Assembly (NCBI GenBank): GCA_963737265.1
Contig: CAVTRY010000021.1
Location: 256,001-320,000, forward strand
Reading direction: 5' to 3'
DNA from: an uncultured delta proteobacterium
Lineage (GTDB): Bacteria > Myxococcota_A > Polyangia > Fen-1088
Length of the DNA stretch: 64,000 nucleotides
Of this stretch, positions 29,225-36,610 are shown in pieces. The first letter of the stretch is position 1, and every line of letters starts with the position of its first letter. The notes below the pieces were generated by a model. It did no database searches and was not told the DNA's origin. It worked only from the letters and a program-made list of their open reading frames with translations. Position numbers and translations under genes: made by a program.

Positions 29225-30715
29225 GGTTCATCGCGCGTTCGGGTGATTGCGAAGGCAACGGCGTAGCCGCCGCTCCGGGGGCCGGCAAGGCGCTTCGCGC
29301 CTCCTCCGCTTCGCTCCGGCCCTACGGGTGACGGCCTCCTCGCTGGCGGCTCAGGTGCTGCTATGCGACGACGAGGATCTCGTCGCCGCGCGCGACGGTG
29401 CGCGAAATGAAAAGTGGACGTCCGTCGGTGATCCTTCGGGTTTATGCAAATCACGAGGAACTCCCAACGAACGTCCGTCCCTGGTATTTTGGCATTGCAG
29501 CTGGCCATTGCAAACGGCTGGCGTGTCAGTTTCGACAGCTACAGCGGTACCGATGGCTCCTGGCATGTACACCTGTATCCGACCAGGCAGTCGGCTGTGT
29601 GCTCCGGCTGTGGAGAGACCAAGCGCTGCGCGCTGGATATCAAGAATTGCGCCCGGGCCTGGCGTCATCTCGACGGTTGGGGCATCCGCACGGTCGTCAT
29701 CGCGCCTCTGCGGCGCGTGCGCTGTCGCCGCTGTGGGATCCGGGTCGAACAGGTCCCGTGGGCGCGCACCGGCTCGCGCATGACTCACATGTTCGAGGCG
29801 GAGGTCCTGCGGCGTGCCCGCACGACTTCCATTGCCGGCGTGTGCCGCCAACTCGGGCTGCACTGGACTACCGTCATGCGCCTCATCACCCACTGGGTCG
29901 AGGATGCGGTCGAGCGCCGCTTCCATCGCAAGCTTCGCATCATCGGCGTCGACGAGGTCAGCTACGGCCGAGGCCAGAACAAGTATCTGACCATCGTCTG
30001 GGACCACGAGGCCGGACACGTGGTTTGGATCGGCGAGGGCAAGCAGGAGGAAACACTCAAGCAGTTTTTCGTGAAGCTGGGACCGCGCCGGTCGCATCGG
30101 CTGGTGGCAGTCACGCTGGACATGGCCCAAGGCTACATCAACGCCATCTGCGAACATGCCCCACAGGCTGACCTCGTCTTCGACCGATTCCACATCGAGC
30201 ACCACCTCACCGACGCCGTCGACCAGGTCCGCAAGGCGGAATTTTGGCGCAAGGGTGGCCTGTATCGCGAGGCCATCCGAGGCAAGAAGTTCCTCCTGCT
30301 CAAGAAGCGTCGTCGTCTTCACTGGCGTCGCCGTCGCGAGCTTGACGAGCTATTCCGCCTCAACCGACGTCTCCAGGTAGCGTACCTGCTCAAGGAGCAG
30401 TTCGACGTCGTATGGGGCTATCACACTGAGGTCGGTATGGCTGCAGCACTCGACCACTGGCGTCGCCTATTACGCTGGCAACGACTTGGCTCGTTGAAGC
30501 GATTCTGGAACATGATTAAGCGCCATTGGTCGGGCGTTATTGCCTGGGCCAAGCACGGTCTTTCCAACGCAGCCCTCGAAGGCAACAATTCACGTGTTCG
30601 CGGCATCAGCCAGCGTGGCCACGGCTACCGCAACCCCGACAACCTCATGCAGATCCTGTATTTCTCATGCTGCCACTGACCCTCGACGGAAGCTCACCCG
30701 AAAGCGTGATGGGCG
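29225..30715 (+). mobile_element. ISL3-family element A, copy 2 (inverted relative to copy 1)
   Basis: Same TIRs, same length and identical 411-aa protein; TSD ACATTTCC at 29217-29224 and 30716-30723. Confidence 0.93.
29444..30679 (+). CDS. ISL3 transposase
   Basis: Translation identical to 25659-26894. Confidence 0.95.
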   Translation: MQITRNSQRTSVPGILALQLAIANGWRVSFDSYSGTDGSWHVHLYPTRQSAVCSGCGETKRCALDIKNCARAWRHLDGWGIRTVVIAPLRRVRCRRCGIRVEQVPWARTGSRMTHMFEAEVLRRARTTSIAGVCRQLGLHWTTVMRLITHWVEDAVERRFHRKLRIIGVDEVSYGRGQNKYLTIVWDHEAGHVVWIGEGKQEETLKQFFVKLGPRRSHRLVAVTLDMAQGYINAICEHAPQADLVFDRFHIEHHLTDAVDQVRKAEFWRKGGLYREAIRGKKFLLLKKRRRLHWRRRRELDELFRLNRRLQVAYLLKEQFDVVWGYHTEVGMAAALDHWRRLLRWQRLGSLKRFWNMIKRHWSGVIAWAKHGLSNAALEGNNSRVRGISQRGHGYRNPDNLMQILYFSCCH

Positions 30716-30810
30716 ACATTTCCGGGTCTTCTAGGAATGTTCTGCAATAGGCGCAGATCAGAGCCCTTTTCGGCCGAGATTCTGCGATCTAGCGCAACCG
30801 TGAAACTCGT

Positions 30811-31477
30811 CTACTCCAGTTTTCCGCAGATGCGGAGGATTTTGAGCTTGAGGTAGTCGCGATCATGGAACCCGTAGGCCTGCTTCTTGATCGTGCCGAC
30901 CACGTTGTTGAAGCCTTCGGCCATGCCGTTGGCCACACGGTGCTGGAAGTAGTTCTCAATCCCGGTCCTTCGTCGTTCGATCGTCTTGAGGACGTGAACG
31001 AGTTCAGGAATGCCGCTCTCCCGCACTTGCCCCTCCCATTCCTTTAGTCGCTTTCGCCCGTCCTTGAGATCCTTCGCTTTGAAGACTTCTCGAAAGGCTT
31101 CCTTGAGTATCTGGCCTGCTGTGAGGTCTGTGTTCAGCGCGAGCAACTCCTTCAGCGAGACGCGTTGCCGGACGCTCAGGCTCTCCTGGGCTCGTAGCAG
31201 AACGTAGCGCTGTCCCTTGATGAGCCTCCGTCCGGCAAGGGACAGTTGCCGCTGAAGGCGGCGGCGGATCTCGTCGAGAGCATCGTGCACGATCTTGCTC
31301 ACGTGGAAGTGGTCGAAGACAATGGCCGCCTTGGGCAGACGTTTCCGCAGCACCTTCACGTAGGGGTCGTGCATGTCCGTCACCGCAACCTTGATCCGCC
31401 TCGCGCGCTGGGGGCCCAGCCACGTGAGGAACCGGCCCACTGCCCGGCCGTCATTGCCGTGTGTCGCGTAGATCACC
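30811..31477 (-). pseudogene. ISL3-B transposase, C-terminal part
   Basis: VTDMHDPY, IVFDHFHV, VANGMAEGFNNVV, QAYGFHD. Confidence 0.88.
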
Positions 31478-32378
31478 AGCCGGAAGCTGTCACGGTTGCT
31501 AAAGGCACAGGGGCAGACGGTGAATCGCAAACGGGTGCAGAGACTGATGCGAATCATGGGCATCGAAGCGCTGGCGCCCAAACCACGGACGACCGTGCCC
31601 GCGCCGGAACATACGAAATTCCCGTACTTGCTGCGCCATCTCGCGATCATTCGGCCCAATCAGGTGTGGGCCTCGGATATCACGTACATCCCGACGAGAC
31701 AGGGGCATTGCTACCTGGTCGCCGTGATGGATTGGTACACGCGCCGGGTTCTGTCCTGGCGCATTTCAAACACGATGGACAGCCGTTTTTGCATCGAGGT
31801 CGTGGAAGAAGCTCTTGCGAACTTCGGCTTGCCGGAGATCTTCAACACCGACCAGGGGTCGCAGTTTACCGACGACAACTTCACATCGGTTTTGCTGGAC
31901 AAGGGCGTAAAGGTCAGCATGGACGGTCGCGGCCGATTCATGGACAACATCTTCGTCGAGCGTCTATGGCGGTCTGTCAAATGCGAGGAGGTCTACTTGA
32001 ACGACTACCGAGACGTGGCCGACGCCCGCAGTGGCATCGCGATCTACCTGGACAAGTACAACCACAGGCGGCCTCACCAAACCCTTGGATTTCAGACACC
32101 CGTAGCGTTTTACGAATTCGAACTAAAGAAGTCGGCGATGAAAGAGGCCGCCTAAATCGCCGCTGCATCATGCTGATGGCACGCTGCCCACAACTGCAAC
32201 GCGTTCACCTGCTTCTGTAGGGCCGTGCGCGCATTGCATCCGTGGACAGCAGCCATCAGCATGCCTCCGCTCTCAACAATTTCCTTGCCGGCGAGGCTCA
32301 CCCGGATCTACAAACAAACCCACGCGGACTCTCTCTTAGCTCGGGCCATTTCTGGTCCTACCAAAGGGGTCCACTTCA
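31478..32378 (+). mobile_element. IS3-family remnant (5'-truncated orfB and right end)
   Basis: SRKLSRLLKAQGQTVNRKRVQRLMR, WASDITYI, FNTDQGSQF, DNIFVERLWRSVK (ORF 31496-32155); right end ...GGGGTCCACTTCA with an IS3-type terminal CA at 32378. Confidence 0.85.
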
Positions 32379-32681
32379 CTGCCGCGCCAGACTCACCGCC
32401 ACTTCCGGCCGGCCACACCTGTCACACTCGATGTGGTGTACCCGTACCAGTAGCTCGATGTGCCGCCTGCCGACGTCGAGATCACGGAGCGGCCGCCATC
32501 GACTCGCTCTGCCTTCGGCGACTGTCTCCCGACACCGGGGGCAACGAAACCGCAACGCCCTCGGCACTAGCGTCAGGCGGCCCCAACCAGCCCAGCGCTT
32601 CGCGGCCACCACCACATAGCGGGGCAAGTCCAGAAGCGCCCGGATACTCTGGGCTATGTGGTCGAATTTTCTTCCTGCCAT
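32379..32681 (-). pseudogene. ISL3-B transposase, N-terminal zinc-finger part
   Basis: GGAGG RBS + ATG 32681; FRCPRC...RPLRDLDVG...IECDRC; interrupted exactly at the IS3 end. Confidence 0.8.
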
Positions 32682-33557
32682 CGGATCCTCCCGATGGCAC
32701 CAGAGCATGCGTTTGCCAACCTTCCGCCCACCAACCAGCCAGTGCCGTGGTAGCTAGAAACCGTCCGAGCGAGACACACAACCACCCAGCTTGCGCCTAC
32801 CACGGCGGCGAGCGCGCAGCCGGCCGATCAGCGCGCCCCACCAAAGGGCGCGCCGGCTGGCGGCGGCGTGGACGTCAAGTTGAACGTCTTCGCCGCCGTG
32901 GCGCCGAGACAGAGCGGCGCTAGGTGCACTCCGAGTCTGCGTGTGGCGTGAGAGAGAAGTTCGGCAGCGACGCGACCACTCCACAACCGCAGATCGGTGT
33001 CACGTCATCCCCGACACTTGATTGCAGAACATTCCTAGAAGAACCACATTTCCGCCGTCCTCGGACGGCGGCCCCATTGAAGCGCCAGAGAAAGCGCAGG
33101 AGTAGCCCGCGGGGCGATGATTTCCGCCGTCCTCGGACGGCGGCCCCATTGAAGCAAGCTCCAGAACCGGAAGCCTCCGATGCCATCGAAGATTTCCGCC
33201 GTCCTCGGACGGCGGCCCCATTGAAGCCAGGGCCTCTGCTTCACGTTGCTTTACTAGTTCTCGAATTTCCGCCGTCCTCGGACGGCGGCCCCATTGAAGC
33301 GGTCCCCCAGCGCTCGCCACCTTCGGCTCGCACCCGTATTTCCGCCGTCCTCGGACGGCGGCCCATTGAAGCTTACGCACTGGCCGTAGCTTGGCGCGTA
33401 AAACATTGGATTTGCGGCTGGTTACGGCTAGTTGGCTGGTTTTGTGTCCGCGTCACCCGCCAGGCCGACCAACTCGGCGTTGGCCACGAGGGCGTTGGTC
33501 ACGCGCACCCAACCGATGCGGGCGGGACGGTATTGGTGCCGCAGGTTCTCCGTCCAA

Positions 33558-33911
33558 TCAGGTGGGCATGTCGGCGAGACCGCCAGCATTGATGATGTCG
33601 GCGTAGCCCGCCTGCTGGAGCGCCCGCGCGGCCGAGGAGCTTCGCGCGCCCGAGGCACAGTAGAGAATCACGGGCTTGTCCCTGGGGATCTCCGCCATGC
33701 GACGGCCGAGGTCGGATAGTGGAATGTTCTTTGCCTTTGGATACGCGCCACCGCGGAATTCGTCGGGCGTGCGGACGTCGATGATGATGGCCCCGGATTC
33801 AAGCTTCTGCTTCACGATGTTTGATGCCACTTTTTCACCTCCAAGAAGTCGTTTGAGGACGATGACTGCGATGATCCCGATTGCGATGTAGGTCAGTGTT
33901 TGCGTGTTCAT
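33558..33911 (-). CDS. Rhodanese-like membrane-anchored protein
   Basis: IIDVRTPDEF, ILYCASGARS, INAGGL; N-terminal TM segment. Confidence 0.9.
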   Translation of the reverse strand: MNTQTLTYIAIGIIAVIVLKRLLGGEKVASNIVKQKLESGAIIIDVRTPDEFRGGAYPKAKNIPLSDLGRRMAEIPRDKPVILYCASGARSSSAARALQQAGYADIINAGGLADMPT

Positions 33912-34392
33912 GTGTCTTTCCAGTTGAAGCCGCCCTCGGCGACCATGCTCAGGTGTCCGCCGGTCACGTTGGCAACGTCGGTAAGGCCATGCTGCGCTTC
34001 GGAACCTTGTTGCCATGGCCAGCGTTCCTTATCTCCATTGGAGCCAGCGGCGGTCCAAAGGATTCGCGAAGGACTTCGGCAAGAATTCCAGGGCGCCCGG
34101 CAATCGGCTGAACATGCGCTAGGATCGGCGCATGAACGGACAGGAAACGGCCGCCAGGGCCATCGCATCATCCTACATCGACGCAGGATCCATCAGAGTC
34201 TCGGCCATTTCTGGAAGGTTTTCCCCTGGGGTCGGTGCGCGCGCCGGTGTGCAGGCAGGTTCGGCAGCGCGCACGGGCGCGGAGACCGGCATAACTATCG
34301 GCATCTCCGCAAGATCACTTACAATTTAGATGCGTTGGCCCTGAAACGGCCGCCGGGTCCCCGAGGTTGGGGGTGGTTTCCCAGGGGACTTT

Positions 34393-36525
34393 TCAGGGGC
34401 GCCAGGTGTACGGGGGCGCCGCGGTCACGTCGGCACCTGTGCAGTTGCTTGCGATGGTGTTGTCGACGAACCCGCAGTACGATCCGCTGGACTCGGTCAA
34501 GTTCGCTCCTCGGTATTCGATATCGCCGAGCAACTGCGCGGTTCCCGATACCGACTGCGGATTCTCGAACCAGCCCGGCGCGTATGGCCAAGCGACGGAT
34601 ACCGTGCCGCCCGACACCGTCATGCCGGACTTGACGATGGATAGGCCGGACACGGTACCTCCCGATACCGCGCCGCCTAGGAGGGTGGCGTGATCGTCGA
34701 TGCGTGCGCTGCCGCTGACCGAGCCGCCCAGTACCTGTGCATAAGGCCCCACGTAGACTGTCGCTGGTAGACTCGGAGGGGCGCAGCCGCCTCCATTGGC
34801 AACCCGTGCCGTGCCCGAGGGACACGCAGCCTGGGCGCCGCCCTGGTAGCCGTCTGGCCAGGCACTGCCAAGCTGGATCATGTACGGGTAGCGATAGACC
34901 GATGGATACAATTGATCCCAGACGATCTGTATCTGGACCGAGGGCGTGGCCGCGACCACCAGCCAAAGCGATTCGCCAGCCTTCACGCAGAACGTGAGTT
35001 GGCCGTCGCTGCCCCTTTGCATGGCGCTGTATCTTGGCGTGGTGATGCCAGCGTCGGTCGCGACCAGGCCCCAACGGAAGTCGGAATTGGCCGCGCCCTG
35101 AATCACCCCGCGGAAGGTGACCGTGACACTGGTCGCGCCCAAGTCGGGATACAATCGAACGATGTTGTAGCCCCAGCGCTGGGGTGCGTGGAGGCTCGGA
35201 ACCACGAAGCGTCGATTGGCCGCATCGAGTGGCTCCAGCTTCACCAGACGAAGTCGTCGCTCTGACAGCGAGGTGTCCGTCGGCAGCCCGTAGTTCTTGC
35301 GAAATAGAGCCCCTTGGTTGCCGCCCGCCGTGCTTTCCGGCGCTGGATCTTGATAGTCCCAGGTCACGTTGTGCATTGCCCATTCGCCGAGGAAGTCGTT
35401 CATCTGACCGACGTTCCAGCCGCGCGCATTCATGATGGCCGTGAAGGGATCGTTCGAGGTCGTTCCCGTCCAGATGGCATTGACGGCGCTGTAGCAGTAC
35501 TTGTCTTTCAAGTACTCCATGAATTGCCAGTTACAGTACCGATCCCGCGTCGAGCCGAGATACAGATGGGAGGCGTTGGCCAACATCTCTGAACAGTGCA
35601 CGTTGGTGGTATGGTATTCCACTTGTTGCTGGGCCGCCCAGTTGGCGTGGCTTTCATAGATCCAGCCGCAGGTGTTGGACTGATTGCAGGCCAGGCCGCC
35701 TTCCACGTTCTGCACTCCGTGCATGAATTCGTGCGCAAGGCCCCAGTGGTCGGACAGGCCACCGGTGCCGATCCACATACCCATGCGACCCGTGGCAAAG
35801 GCGCCGCCAGTCAGGCCCCAGGTCGAATGCACGTGGATGTTGGCCTTGTACTTCGTGGCAGAGTTGCACAAGGGCTCTCTCTCGTACATCGGGTTGCCGA
35901 AGTACAAGGTCCACACCGATTCCAGATGGTCGACTGCTCCCTGCGCCAAGGCAGCCGTGGTGGTGGCCTCGTCACCGTAGACCGCGAAGTGCGCCGATTC
36001 CGAGCGCAAGGTCATGGCCGAGCAGCATGGGTCGTTTTGCGGGCCGCCTGCCACCCATGTTCCCGCGGTGCATGCCTGTGGAGCTGTCGGGCAGTTGCTG
36101 GCCCAGGTAGTCGTCGTGGTTCCTGGGTCGCAACTGCCAGGGATTCCGCCCGAGGCGGTTCCGCCGGTGGCGGCTCCGCCCGAGGTGGCTCCCCCGATGG
36201 CGGTTCCGCCGGTGCTCATGCCGCCGCTTGCACTAGTCGTGCCGCCTGTCATGGGGGCTCCACCCGAGGCCGGGCGTCCACCTGTTCCGGACGTGCCGCC
36301 CACGCCGGTGCTGCCACCGGCGATCGTTGCTCCGCCGCTTCCGCCGCTCCCGCTGGTGGAAGCGCTGGCGCCCCCCGAGCCGCCGATTTCCGTCGAACCT
36401 GCCACGCCGCCAAAGGCCGAGACGCCGCCCGAGCCTTTCGCCGACGAGCCCTGACTGCCGCTGCAAGCCACGGATGTCATTGCAAGTACGACGACCAGAA
36501 AGCCTGAATTCGGGCGAAGCGTCAT
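34393..36525 (-). CDS. Secreted lipoprotein with Gly/Thr linker and DUF6055-like HEXXH metallopeptidase-like domain
   Basis: Lipobox SVAC; Gly-rich linker; LAHEFMHGVQ...WIYESHANW; C-terminal beta-helix-like repeats. Confidence 0.7.
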   Translation of the reverse strand: MTLRPNSGFLVVVLAMTSVACSGSQGSSAKGSGGVSAFGGVAGSTEIGGSGGASASTSGSGGSGGATIAGGSTGVGGTSGTGGRPASGGAPMTGGTTSASGGMSTGGTAIGGATSGGAATGGTASGGIPGSCDPGTTTTTWASNCPTAPQACTAGTWVAGGPQNDPCCSAMTLRSESAHFAVYGDEATTTAALAQGAVDHLESVWTLYFGNPMYEREPLCNSATKYKANIHVHSTWGLTGGAFATGRMGMWIGTGGLSDHWGLAHEFMHGVQNVEGGLACNQSNTCGWIYESHANWAAQQQVEYHTTNVHCSEMLANASHLYLGSTRDRYCNWQFMEYLKDKYCYSAVNAIWTGTTSNDPFTAIMNARGWNVGQMNDFLGEWAMHNVTWDYQDPAPESTAGGNQGALFRKNYGLPTDTSLSERRLRLVKLEPLDAANRRFVVPSLHAPQRWGYNIVRLYPDLGATSVTVTFRGVIQGAANSDFRWGLVATDAGITTPRYSAMQRGSDGQLTFCVKAGESLWLVVAATPSVQIQIVWDQLYPSVYRYPYMIQLGSAWPDGYQGGAQAACPSGTARVANGGGCAPPSLPATVYVGPYAQVLGGSVSGSARIDDHATLLGGAVSGGTVSGLSIVKSGMTVSGGTVSVAWPYAPGWFENPQSVSGTAQLLGDIEYRGANLTESSGSYCGFVDNTIASNCTGADVTAAPPYTWRP

Positions 36526-36610
36526 TCGATCTCCTGAAGCGTAACAGGTAAGTCTCGTCAGCAAGTCGAAACTGCTTAAAGGATCTTTGCGCGGACGGAA
36601 CAGAGGCCGG

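Larger units (their letters stand above)
30724..33045 (-). mobile_element. ISL3-family element B (a different element), disrupted by an IS3 remnant
   Basis: 25-bp TIR GG(G/T)TCTTCTAGGAATGTTCTGCAAT at 30724-30748 and 33021-33045; TSD ACATTTCC at 30716-30723 and 33046-33053. Confidence 0.9.
18283..33372 (+). CRISPR. Type I-G CRISPR array, repeat ATTTCCGCCGTCCTCGGACGGCGGCCCCATTGAAGC (36 bp), about 115 repeats / 114 spacers of 34-41 nt, split by IS elements into 4 blocks (18283-23191, 24620-25622, 27116-29224, 33048-33372)
   Basis: Direct repeat with stem CCGCCGTCC/GGACGGCGG and 3' handle ATTGAAGC. Hand count 67+14+29+4 spacers. Single-base variant repeats near 19442, 22429, 24889 and 28857; terminal repeat 33338-33372 lacks one C. 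Confidence 0.98.

Noticed and set aside
25615-30723. Array block 3 arrived as a composite transposon, or is already inverted
   Set aside because: Each ISL3-A copy has its own matching TSD pair, and the block has the same orientation as the rest of the array.
18283-33372. Self-targeting spacers within the window
   Set aside because: By eye I found only short matches of up to about 11 nt (e.g. TTGGCCACGCC near 40890, GAATTCGCAG in the leader). This was not exhaustive and needs BLAST.
18210-33400. Many ORFs with MGPPSEDGGN / FRRPRTAAPLK / LQWGRRPRTAE repeats
   Set aside because: They are translations of the CRISPR repeat, not proteins.
33912-34392. Possible small gene, degenerate repeat (GTTGAAGC near 33923) or terminator hairpin (34339-34398)
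   Set aside because: No convincing ORF, the repeat similarity is limited to 7 nt, and the hairpin is imperfect without a clear U-tract.
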